In this document: positions 16,822-25,697 of the stretch, in pieces
Numbering within the stretch: position 1 is the stretch's first letter
Layout of the letters: every line of letters begins with the position of its first letter
Origin: a virus
Lineage: Duplodnaviria; Caudoviricetes
Virus record (IMG/VR): IMGVR_UViG_3300036985_003045
Length of the DNA: 64,000 nt
Direction: 5' to 3' (one strand)
Notes under the pieces: model-generated
What the model was told of the DNA's origin: nothing
The model's database searches: none
Seen by the model: the letters and a program-made list of their open reading frames with translations, nothing else
Program-made: the position numbers and the translations under genes

Positions 16822-16852
16822 TAGTTGTTTCCTTTTGTATAAATATATATCG

Positions 16853-16860
16853 TATTTATA
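16853..16860 (-). promoter_or_regulatory. late promoter TATAAATA
   Basis: plus strand tatttata about 30 nt upstream of the adhesin ATG. Confidence 0.75.
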
Positions 16861-16866
16861 TGATAC

Positions 16867-18126
16867 TTATTTGTTTTGTATATTTTTATCCACACATGAT
16901 TTATATATATCAATCAACTTTTGTAGATTTTCAGCATACTCGACATCATCACCAGAATAGTTAAAATTTATTATAACAGGATTTTCATTAACGTATGCAA
17001 AAGTGTTATCAAATTTTATTTCAAAATATCCAGATGGGTCTCCCAATTCTTCCATAATATTTAAAACATTACGAATTTCTTCTATAAAAGTATTCTTGAT
17101 AAATTTGAAAATGGGTGTAATATTATCACTATTATGTTCTATATAATTAAAATTAGATATATTAGAATGTGATTGTGTGGTTTTATTTTTATAAGACCCT
17201 AATGCAATTGTATCTAAATTTATATCAGTCTTGTATTGAGGGTCCATAAAATTTGTTAAATTAATTAAATTATTTTGGAATTTTATATCTAATTCTTTTT
17301 TTATTAATCTAAAACATTTGTTATTGTTTGTATTTACACTTTCTAAAATACTCAAATCAATCTGTTGGATATCTTTATATATATTATCATTTTCAATTTT
17401 ATATTGATTATCGCTAATAAATTTGCTAGTCAATACTTCAGAAATACAAAGGGGTGTCCACTCTTTATTTTGATAAACTGTCTGTATGCTAATTTCTTCG
17501 GGATAAATGTGATTATATACAAGTTCTAAGTCATTTTTTAAAATATCAACATCACTATCTTTTCTATTCAAAAATGCTATGATATCAACAAAAACATTTA
17601 TGTTTCGTTTCTTCAACTCATTAGATAGATTTATAACACTCTCAAAATCTGCTGGTACTCTTTTTTGTGAGATAAGAGTTGTTCTATCGAATGTCTGAAG
17701 GCATATAGTTGCGTTATCAAACTTATATTTTTCTAACACATCTAACAAATCAGTATTCCAATATGCTGGATGAATTTCAAAAGTTTTAAATGCAGTTGAA
17801 TCTTTGAAATTTGGAAGAAGATTTATCACATTTTCCAAAGTTTCTGCTGACATCATTGATGGTGTTCCCCCACCAAAAAACCAATTTGATATTAAGTCTT
17901 TTTTATTTTCTAATATAGGACGATATAATTCTATAACTTTTGGTAAATATTTATCATAATAATCAGTGTATTGGTTTTTATTTTTTATTATGTTTCCAGC
18001 ATATATACAAAATTTACATATTGAAGGGCAAAATGGGCTATGGATATACACTCCTATTTTGTTTGTGCTTTTGTTAAATTTATTAACTATTAGTGAGAAG
18101 TCAATTTCATCGTATCGGTTTATCAT
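16867..18126 (-). CDS. radical SAM protein, HemN/HemW-like
   Basis: YIHSPFCPSICKFC (CxxxCxxC), FFGGGTPS, FEIHP. Confidence 0.85.
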   Translation of the reverse strand: MINRYDEIDFSLIVNKFNKSTNKIGVYIHSPFCPSICKFCIYAGNIIKNKNQYTDYYDKYLPKVIELYRPILENKKDLISNWFFGGGTPSMMSAETLENVINLLPNFKDSTAFKTFEIHPAYWNTDLLDVLEKYKFDNATICLQTFDRTTLISQKRVPADFESVINLSNELKKRNINVFVDIIAFLNRKDSDVDILKNDLELVYNHIYPEEISIQTVYQNKEWTPLCISEVLTSKFISDNQYKIENDNIYKDIQQIDLSILESVNTNNNKCFRLIKKELDIKFQNNLINLTNFMDPQYKTDINLDTIALGSYKNKTTQSHSNISNFNYIEHNSDNITPIFKFIKNTFIEEIRNVLNIMEELGDPSGYFEIKFDNTFAYVNENPVIINFNYSGDDVEYAENLQKLIDIYKSCVDKNIQNK

Positions 18127-18563
18127 TTTCTATATTCCAATTCATTTTCAAACACTTTCACAATATGACTTTTCAAATGTGTCTGAGTTTCTAATATGGC
18201 TTCAATATGTTCTGTATCTAATGATTTCAAAGGTATTAATACTAATGGTTGGTTGAGGTGTGCACCATTCTTACCATATGTGCCCCATTTAAAACTTTCT
18301 CTAATTACCTCATGTGTATCATCATCATGTACAAAAGCATCAACAGCTCTTTCTTTATTAACACTTCTTCTAACATAATCTAAACCACCATCAATCATAT
18401 ATTCTTCACCATTAGCATCAATATGTGTCTGATAATCATGTCTATGTCTTGATTCTAATCTTGTACCATCTGGTGTAATAATGGCATTAACCAATAAGTT
18501 TCTCACAATAATCCTAATCCAAATATCACAGTTAATATTAATGTCATTGTCATCATTACCCAA
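18123..18563 (-). CDS. conserved hypothetical phage protein
   Basis: TPDGTRLESRHRHDY...MIDGGLDYVRRS. Confidence 0.7.
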   Translation of the reverse strand: MGNDDNDININCDIWIRIIVRNLLVNAIITPDGTRLESRHRHDYQTHIDANGEEYMIDGGLDYVRRSVNKERAVDAFVHDDDTHEVIRESFKWGTYGKNGAHLNQPLVLIPLKSLDTEHIEAILETQTHLKSHIVKVFENELEYRK

Positions 18564-18776
18564 GCGAATGTTGATATAACAAAAGCACCTTTCAATATTT
18601 TTTCAACAGTCATTATCTATTCCTTAATCTCATTAATATATCATTTACAATTTCATCATTTTCAATCATATTATATAGTATTTCTGTAGATATAGCAATA
18701 TATTCTTCTTGTTCTTCATAAGTTAATATATCGTGTTTTTGGATTTCTGCCAATTCTTCATATCGTTTTAAATTCA

Positions 18777-19025
18777 TTATTCATCCTCTAGTAATGTATA
18801 ACAAGGAAACAGTTTAGGTAATCCCAATACAACATTATAGTTTTTATATTTCAATGATTCATTTAATTCCATTGAACGAACTTCACATTCATATTTACCT
18901 CCACGCCATTCTCTTTCAAGTTTAGCTTGTTTCAGCGATTCTTCTTCATTGTCAAATGCACCAACCACATAACTATGACTTTCTCTATCACCAAAACGAT
19001 AGGCTGTTACTACATAAATTAACAT
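18777..19025 (-). CDS. hypothetical protein
   Basis: ORF coupled to the upstream gene. Confidence 0.6.
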   Translation of the reverse strand: MLIYVVTAYRFGDRESHSYVVGAFDNEEESLKQAKLEREWRGGKYECEVRSMELNESLKYKNYNVVLGLPKLFPCYTLLEDE

Positions 19026-19573
19026 TGTATTACCTCTATAAAATCTGGAATTGGTCTATTCTTCCAATTATGTAAATGTTGTTTAGAACCATTATAGTAA
19101 TTCTTATATGATTGTATTGAATCACCTTTAATTATATATTCTTCTGGCATTGCTGGTGTTGGTTCAGTGAAGGTAGGATGTTCTTTAATTCCACTTGGCA
19201 CAAATCTTAATTGTTCTAATAAACCTTCACGTTCTACTTTATGTATTTTATTATATCTATATGTGTATTCTTTACATAAATCATCTAATAATAACCACAA
19301 CCATGCATAGTTATCACGGGATTGTCTGACCCATATGGCCGATGGATGATTCAGGTGTGTTGCTTTGTATAGAATATCATTACGTTTGTCTGGAAGAATC
19401 CAAGATGTAGTTTTACGACCAGTATCAGATATGCCTGTTAATAATACACCATCCAATACTCTATGTGCTGTAGATAATAGTTGGGCATACTCAACAATCA
19501 TCTTCACACAGTGCCTATCAACATGATATTCAGCGCATTTCTGAGTATTATTATCAAGATAAAATATATTCAC
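19019..19573 (-). CDS. pyrimidine-dimer DNA glycosylase family protein
   Basis: MNIFYLD...HVDRHCVKMIVEYAQLLSTAH, ATHLNHPSAIWVR, YTYRYNKIH. Confidence 0.8.
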   Translation of the reverse strand: MNIFYLDNNTQKCAEYHVDRHCVKMIVEYAQLLSTAHRVLDGVLLTGISDTGRKTTSWILPDKRNDILYKATHLNHPSAIWVRQSRDNYAWLWLLLDDLCKEYTYRYNKIHKVEREGLLEQLRFVPSGIKEHPTFTEPTPAMPEEYIIKGDSIQSYKNYYNGSKQHLHNWKNRPIPDFIEVIQC

Positions 19574-19833
19574 TTCTTTTTCCTCTCATAATTAAATTTC
19601 TTTATAACAGCTTTTGGATAATCTTCCATCTCAACAAATCCAGATACTTTATTACCATTATCCATTTGCTCCCAAATAATAAGATGTTCATGCACTATTA
19701 GATTAATTAAATCCTCAAGCATATAACCCTTGCAATAATAAGAGTTATTTTCCTCTGACATACCAAAAGAAGTAACATCATTTAAAGGAATAATACCTAC
19801 TCTACGTGCAAGTTCTTTGATAGTTTCATTCAT
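19570..19833 (-). CDS. hypothetical protein, EKFAELI family
   Basis: shares its C-terminal half with 13878..14105. Confidence 0.7.
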   Translation of the reverse strand: MNETIKELARRVGIIPLNDVTSFGMSEENNSYYCKGYMLEDLINLIVHEHLIIWEQMDNGNKVSGFVEMEDYPKAVIKKFNYERKKK

Positions 19834-19866
19834 AAGTTTCCTATATAATATTAGAATTCATAATCT

Positions 19867-19894
19867 ATTATATACTATATTTTTAAGATGTAAA
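19867..19894 (-). promoter_or_regulatory. early promoter (TTTACA-N16-TATAAT)
   Basis: attata 19867-19872, tgtaaa 19889-19894. Confidence 0.8.
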
Positions 19895-19905
19895 CATTTA
19901 TTTTT

Positions 19906-19913
19906 TATAAATA
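19906..19913 (+). promoter_or_regulatory. late promoter TATAAATA
   Basis: exact match upstream of the plus-strand tail fibre gene. Confidence 0.8.
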
Positions 19914-19959
19914 CATATAATATACCATTTCGAATTAGTCAACAACCGAGAATAAAAAT

Positions 19960-22794
19960 ATGGCAGCATCAACTATAACATTACGTAATATTAAAGGTAG
20001 TCCGTTGACCAATACGGAAATGGATACCAATATTTCTCTTTTGAATAGTTATTCAAAAGGTCATTTAAGTAAAACAATAACAACAAATGTAACATTAACT
20101 GATATAGAAGCGGAAAATTACTTTTTTAATATTTCCGGTACTTTAACTGCAGATGCTACTATAACAATACCAAGTATACTTATTAAGTCCTGGACAGTTA
20201 ATAATATAACTTCAGGCGGGTTTAGTATTACTGTAAAATATGCTACAGGTGCAGGTATTACAATACAAAATGGTACTAGATCTACATTTTATTTTGATGG
20301 CACTAATATGCTTAGTATTAGTTATAGTAATACTGTACGTATATCAGATACAGGTACTGTCACAAATACAATGTTAGCGTCAAGTACAATTTCAGGTGTA
20401 TCTCTTGGTTCAAATTTAAATGCATTAACTATTGGCACAGGATTATCAGGTACCACCTATAATGGTTCTTCTGCAGTTACTATTGCTATTGATTCTACTG
20501 TTGCCACATTAACAGGTTCTCAAACTCTTACTAATAAAACCCTTACCTCTCCAGTAGTTACAACTAGTTTAACTACTACAAACACAAGTTTTGCTTTACT
20601 TAATGCAACTGCAACAACTGTGAACTTTGCAGGTGCAGCAACCACATTAACTATGGGTGCATCTACTGGAACTTCTACAGTTAATAATGATTTAGTTGTT
20701 TCCGGTAACTTAACTGTAAATGGAACAACTACTACAATCAATACAGCTACATTGTCTGTTGATGACAAAAACCTTGAATTAGGATCTGTTCAAAATGCTA
20801 CAATTAGTGCAACAGGAACAGTAGGAACAATTACAGGGACAGGTCCTTGGGCAGCGATTGTTACTGGAATGACAACTACTACAGGATTGATAGTAGGTAG
20901 TTCTTTATCTGCGACTGTTGGAACTGGAAGTTTAGGTGGAAGTGGTTCATATATTATTACATCTATAGATAGTAAAACACAAGTATCATATAGTGCTACA
21001 GGCGGAACTACACCAGTGGCAGGAACAATCACTGCAATTACTACAACTGGATATAATAATATCACTGCTAATGGTGCTGGTATCACAGTCAAGGGTACTA
21101 CAGATAAGACGTTAAATTGGGTAAGTTCTACAACTGCTTGGACTTCCTCAGAAAACTTAGATATTGCACCTGGTAAATCTTATTCAATAGCTGGAACAAG
21201 TGTTCTTTCTTCTACTACATTAGGTTCGGGTGTTACTGCTTCTTCATTAACATCTGTTGGAACATTAGTTAATCCTGCATATTCTGGCACTTTGACTGGT
21301 GGAACTGGTATAATTAATATCGGTAGCGGTCAGATATACAAAGATGCTTCCGGTAACGTGGGGATTGGTACGAGTAGTATAACGCAATTATATTCTGCAA
21401 TAACTACTGCTGTAGCTGGTAACTTGCGATTAGGGTCATCGGCTACCACAGGGTTTATATCTTTTGGAGATCAAACATCAGCTACAAGTAATGTTGGTAT
21501 TTGGAGAGGGGCAGGTGGTAATTCGCTTGCCACAGGTAACTATTTGCAACTTGGTGGTTATGACGGTATTAGTTTTACCACAGGCAATGCTAGTTTAGCT
21601 TCTCAAACAGAGCGCCTACGCATCGACTCCTCCGGCAACGTGGGGATAGGTTATGCAATCCCTGCAAATACATTACATGTCGCTAATGGGGTAGACACTC
21701 AAATCAGAGTCAGTACGCCAACAAATAATTTTTATTTTGATATGGGTAGAGCTTCCGCTGATGGTCTATTTCAAATAAATGGCAATCAAGGATCGGGATA
21801 TAAGTGGCTTAATAATGGCACTGAGGCAATGCGTATTAGTGCTGCTGGCTACGTGGGGATTGGAACTACTAGTCCCGGTTCTATTGGTAAATTAGTTGTG
21901 TCCAACACAGCAACCACTGATAATAGCAGTATAGGTGTTGTGGCAACCGCATTTTTATCCACTCCTACGTATACAGGAACTTTTTTAAGTCAAGGTGATA
22001 CAGCAACGGCTGGAACTGTTTGTGGCTTACCTAAGGCTAACTTAGGGTCTTTACTGTTTCAAAATGTAAGCGCAGGGTTAATTTACACCAATAGTCAATC
22101 TTTAATATTCGGAACTGCTGGTGTAGAAGCCTTACGAATAAACACTACACAAGACGTATCCATCCCAGCAGGGCAACTTACAATAACCAACGCCAACAAC
22201 ACCGCAACAGGTGGTGGTCAGCTATACCTAAATGGGGCTACGGGCAATAGGATAGATTTTAATACTGCTGGAGTTGCTCCTCCTGCTTTTACTACAAGAA
22301 GTCTTGGTACTAAAATTGTTCTTTATCCAGGTGTAGCTGCCGCAGCAGTTGATTTTGCGTTAGGAATACAAGGAGGCGGAATGTGGCTTTCAGTTTCCAC
22401 AACCGCTGAAACTTTCAGATGGTATGGAGGTACAACAATTGCCGCTACTTTATCAGGTGCAGGTGATTTTGAAGCAACTGCAAATATAACAGCTTATTCT
22501 GATGAACGACTTAAAGAGAACATTAAAACTATTCCAAACGCATTAAATAAAGTCAATACTATTCGTGGTGTTACATTCACCCGTAATGATTTGGACGATA
22601 AAGAAAAAGTCCATACTGGTGTAATAGCTCAGGAAGTTCTGAAAGTATTACCAGAAGCAGTATCACAAAATGAAAATGGAATATATTCTGTTGCTTATGG
22701 TAATATGGTAGGTCTATTAATAGAATCAATCAAAGAATTATCTGAGCAAAATCAACAATTACTAAAAAGAATTGAAGCCTTAGAAAATAAATAG
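19960..22794 (+). CDS. long tail fibre protein with C-terminal peptidase S74 chaperone
   Basis: T/G/S-rich; repeated GNVGIG motifs; YSDERLKENI...GVIAQEV...VAYGNMVGLLIESIKEL coiled-coil end. Confidence 0.92.
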   Translation: MAASTITLRNIKGSPLTNTEMDTNISLLNSYSKGHLSKTITTNVTLTDIEAENYFFNISGTLTADATITIPSILIKSWTVNNITSGGFSITVKYATGAGITIQNGTRSTFYFDGTNMLSISYSNTVRISDTGTVTNTMLASSTISGVSLGSNLNALTIGTGLSGTTYNGSSAVTIAIDSTVATLTGSQTLTNKTLTSPVVTTSLTTTNTSFALLNATATTVNFAGAATTLTMGASTGTSTVNNDLVVSGNLTVNGTTTTINTATLSVDDKNLELGSVQNATISATGTVGTITGTGPWAAIVTGMTTTTGLIVGSSLSATVGTGSLGGSGSYIITSIDSKTQVSYSATGGTTPVAGTITAITTTGYNNITANGAGITVKGTTDKTLNWVSSTTAWTSSENLDIAPGKSYSIAGTSVLSSTTLGSGVTASSLTSVGTLVNPAYSGTLTGGTGIINIGSGQIYKDASGNVGIGTSSITQLYSAITTAVAGNLRLGSSATTGFISFGDQTSATSNVGIWRGAGGNSLATGNYLQLGGYDGISFTTGNASLASQTERLRIDSSGNVGIGYAIPANTLHVANGVDTQIRVSTPTNNFYFDMGRASADGLFQINGNQGSGYKWLNNGTEAMRISAAGYVGIGTTSPGSIGKLVVSNTATTDNSSIGVVATAFLSTPTYTGTFLSQGDTATAGTVCGLPKANLGSLLFQNVSAGLIYTNSQSLIFGTAGVEALRINTTQDVSIPAGQLTITNANNTATGGGQLYLNGATGNRIDFNTAGVAPPAFTTRSLGTKIVLYPGVAAAAVDFALGIQGGGMWLSVSTTAETFRWYGGTTIAATLSGAGDFEATANITAYSDERLKENIKTIPNALNKVNTIRGVTFTRNDLDDKEKVHTGVIAQEVLKVLPEAVSQNENGIYSVAYGNMVGLLIESIKELSEQNQQLLKRIEALENK

Positions 22795-22816
22795 TCATAC
22801 ACTTCAAAATATTCTA

Positions 22817-22858
22817 ATCCTATGTATCCTCTTGGATTACATAGGATATTTTTATTTT
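22817..22858 (+). terminator. rho-independent terminator after the tail fibre gene
   Basis: atcctatgta-tcc/gga-ttacataggat hairpin followed by a T-rich run. Confidence 0.75.
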
Positions 22859-23121
22859 AAATCATCTCCACCAAAATCGTCACAAACATCTTTTTTAAAT
22901 CTTTCAATAATATCCATAGCTTCCGTTATATCTTCATCAGTCGCATCTGGATATAATGATTTCAGTTTTTTTACACCTATACTTTTTAGTTCTTTATATG
23001 TATAGTCTTTTGTTTCAGTAACATGCCAAAGAGATAATACTTGATCATCCTTTGCAGAACCTTCTGAAGAACTATTATAAAAACTATACCAATTAGAAGT
23101 AGACCATCTTGCATAACTCAT
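22852..23121 (-). CDS. hypothetical protein
   Basis: ORF right after an early promoter. Confidence 0.65.
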   Translation of the reverse strand: MSYARWSTSNWYSFYNSSSEGSAKDDQVLSLWHVTETKDYTYKELKSIGVKKLKSLYPDATDEDITEAMDIIERFKKDVCDDFGGDDLK

Positions 23122-23159
23122 TATATTTTCCTATAACATGATAAATTATTTATGATACT

Positions 23160-23187
23160 ATTATATCATACTTTCAGGAAATGTAAA
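23160..23187 (-). promoter_or_regulatory. early promoter (TTTACA-N16-TATAAT)
   Basis: attata 23160-23165, tgtaaa 23182-23187. Confidence 0.8.
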
Positions 23188-23191
23188 CAAT

Positions 23192-23326
23192 TTATTCAGG
23201 ATGATTATCTGAGTTACAGAGAGAAGGATTTGAAGAAAAAGAAGAACATGGAGACTGTGCTGAAATCTCCATGTTTATATACATGAACAACAATGCTGCC
23301 AATAGAATTAGAGGTATTGCTTTCAT
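23192..23326 (-). CDS. 44-aa hydrophobic/secreted peptide, copy 2 (not in track)
   Basis: MKAIPLILLAALLFMYINMEISAQSPCSSFSSNPSLCNSDNHPE; mostly synonymous or conservative changes versus copy 1. Confidence 0.7.
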   Translation of the reverse strand: MKAIPLILLAALLFMYINMEISAQSPCSSFSSNPSLCNSDNHPE

Positions 23327-23354
23327 AATGTACCATTAGGTTATTATGGTTTAT

Positions 23355-24014
23355 TTATCCTTCATTTTTTAATAATAAACTAGGATTAATAGATGGAAAT
23401 TCTTGACCTAGTAATAATTGAGTTGGAGTGTCTGATCTCAATTTCAAGATTTCTTCAACAGGAACATTTTGCAACATCAATTGTTTTGTATTTTCAATTG
23501 CGGGTAATATTTCCGTCACAAAATCTGGATGCAATCTCATAGCACCAAATTGGTCAGTAGCAATGGCACCTGTAGTCAATAAACAATTTTCCGCACGATG
23601 AATAAATTCAAACTTCCACTCATCTCGTTGTGTTGCTTCATGAGCTTCGGCATCTGGCAAATGTGCATACTTTCTATGAGGTTGTACTCTTTCAATACAT
23701 AATTGTATAAACTCTAATTCTTTTATAGCGGCATTTGCACACCTATCTTCCATTTCTTTAGTATTTTCTGTCTCATTTTTTAATATTTCTCCATCAATTC
23801 TTTTCAATTCATCTTCACTATTTAATAGTTTTTGAATTTTAATATCATTTTTTTTCAGCATTAAGTCTCTATTTCTAAGAGTTCTGACCGAATGAAGTTT
23901 TTCTTCTTCTAAGTCCTTTAATAAAGCATATGCGCCGTCTGCTGTAAAACAAGACCCCACAAGAAAATGTAATATTTGAAAATCATGATTTGCTCTATTG
24001 TTTGATGCATTCAT
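23355..24014 (-). CDS. hypothetical coiled-coil protein, partner of the propeller-type adhesin
   Basis: heptad region; EWKFEFIHRAENCLLTTGAI; directly downstream of 24038..25270. Confidence 0.65.
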   Translation of the reverse strand: MNASNNRANHDFQILHFLVGSCFTADGAYALLKDLEEEKLHSVRTLRNRDLMLKKNDIKIQKLLNSEDELKRIDGEILKNETENTKEMEDRCANAAIKELEFIQLCIERVQPHRKYAHLPDAEAHEATQRDEWKFEFIHRAENCLLTTGAIATDQFGAMRLHPDFVTEILPAIENTKQLMLQNVPVEEILKLRSDTPTQLLLGQEFPSINPSLLLKNEG

Positions 24015-24037
24015 ATTGTTACCCTAAAAATTAAAAA

Positions 24038-25270
24038 TTAAAAACCACCTGGAACATTGCATATAGAATGAGTAGCGGAAATTTCGACACCCAAATCGTA
24101 CGCTTGAAAAAACGTTCTATTATTTACAGCGGTTACAGTATCATTTGAATATAAATATTTTTTTTGATACATGGCACCGCTGTACATCCCATCATCGGCA
24201 ATAGTTACAAGATATGATATATATGCCGCTGTTTGAGTTCCTCCTTGACCCTTTATACGATCAGCGCTGCCTGGAGCAGTTTGGTCAGCAGGTATTGGAG
24301 GATAAAATGTTGTGCCGGCAACCCGAGTGGCGGTTGCAAAGGTATATTTATTCATTGTGCCGGTAGTTAATGTTTTTGATGCATAAAAATAACCATTTGT
24401 TGTACTAGAAGTTGCATCTAATCCAAAAGTGGCAACGCCTAAAACAGTACCAACCGCTCTAACATTTGTGGCAAAAGTTATTCTATCTGTGGCGGTAGAG
24501 GCAACGCCCGCATAAGTTTTACCACCTACAACACATCCTAATGTTGCATTAGCCGCAGATGCTCTATAACCCAATGCGACCCCCAATGCAGGACCAGCCA
24601 CACTTGCTTGAGTTGCATAAGTGTATTTAGTGCTAGTAGCAACCGCCGCAGTTACAGCAGTATTATACCCTGCACAGGCATATGCAATTGTTGCATTACC
24701 AAATGTGGTAAAACCTACGTGATGCCTACCAAGTGTTATAGCTGTGCCAGTCGCCTCCACTTCAGTAGCCCAAGGCATTTTGATAGTTCTTACATATGAA
24801 GTACCTTGACCAAAGCACCACCCATCGGTTGTTGTTGAAGTCCAACTATCAAAGTTTGTTATTAAAGTATTTTCTTCCGGATATGCATGGCCCCAAGTGC
24901 TAATTGGCTGTCTAAATTCGAAATAAGAGGATGTATAAACGGAGATATATATCGTTTCATAAGTAGGAAAAAATTTACTTATTACAGAACTAACATTATA
25001 ATCATAGGAAAAATCGATACCACCACGCCAAGTTTTACTAAATATGAACAAATTAACAAATGTAAATGATGCAAATGATGACATTGAAATTGATGTTCCA
25101 TATGTAATATTAGCTGCACCGACTATTATATTTCTAACCCAAGCATCATTTAAAGTTATCGTATTGCCAGGATATGGATCAACACGAGATGCAGCAGAGC
25201 CTAATTTCACTACCCCTTCTATTTCATTTTTGATATTCAACATGCTAAAATTAGTTGCTGGAATAGTCAT
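24038..25270 (-). CDS. putative tail adhesin: gp38-like N-terminal module plus Kelch/propeller-like repeats
   Basis: MTIPATNFSMLNIKNE...TLNDAWVR...SISMSSF start; repeated (A/G)..GG.....T.(K/R).T(Y/F)AT units. Confidence 0.6.
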   Translation of the reverse strand: MTIPATNFSMLNIKNEIEGVVKLGSAASRVDPYPGNTITLNDAWVRNIIVGAANITYGTSISMSSFASFTFVNLFIFSKTWRGGIDFSYDYNVSSVISKFFPTYETIYISVYTSSYFEFRQPISTWGHAYPEENTLITNFDSWTSTTTDGWCFGQGTSYVRTIKMPWATEVEATGTAITLGRHHVGFTTFGNATIAYACAGYNTAVTAAVATSTKYTYATQASVAGPALGVALGYRASAANATLGCVVGGKTYAGVASTATDRITFATNVRAVGTVLGVATFGLDATSSTTNGYFYASKTLTTGTMNKYTFATATRVAGTTFYPPIPADQTAPGSADRIKGQGGTQTAAYISYLVTIADDGMYSGAMYQKKYLYSNDTVTAVNNRTFFQAYDLGVEISATHSICNVPGGF

Positions 25271-25271
25271 C

Positions 25272-25688
25272 TTACTCTCCTATACCAGCAGATTTAAATG
25301 ATATATCTCGTCTAATTGATTGTTTAATATCATCACTATTATTAAATATCCATTGCACCCAATCTAACATTAATTCTTCAGTACAATCGACTTCTGAAAT
25401 AATAAAATTTTCAGGAATATTTGTTTCAGAAAACAAGGTTAAGGCATCAAGTGAACTTTCATATTGATCATACTTACCTGTAACTGTCCAATCTACTTCT
25501 ATGGAAAATAATACTCCATATTCTACATTAGGCACTGGTTCTTCAATTGCAGACTCTTCTACATTAGGCACTGGTTCTTCAATTGCAGACTCTTCAATTA
25601 TAATTGTTGCAGGATCTATAGTCTTATTTTGAATAATATTATTTATTTTAAATGATAATTCTGTATCATCCATATTTACAGTAGTCAT
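25272..25688 (-). CDS. hypothetical acidic protein with an internal 12-aa duplication
   Basis: EESAIEEPVPNV twice. Confidence 0.65.
   Translation of the reverse strand: MTTVNMDDTELSFKINNIIQNKTIDPATIIIEESAIEEPVPNVEESAIEEPVPNVEYGVLFSIEVDWTVTGKYDQYESSLDALTLFSETNIPENFIISEVDCTEELMLDWVQWIFNNSDDIKQSIRRDISFKSAGIGE
25521..25595. repeat. perfect 36-bp tandem duplication
   Basis: ttctacattaggcactggttcttcaattgcagactc at 25521-25556 and 25557-25592. Confidence 0.95.
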
Positions 25689-25697
25689 TAAGTATCC

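Noticed and set aside
16838-16845. Plus-strand TATAAATA late promoter
   Set aside because: No credible plus-strand gene follows; it is likely chance in AT-rich DNA beside the real minus-strand promoter.
25521-25595. 36-bp repeat as a CRISPR array
   Set aside because: Two units abut with no spacer, lie in frame within a CDS, and no cas genes are present.
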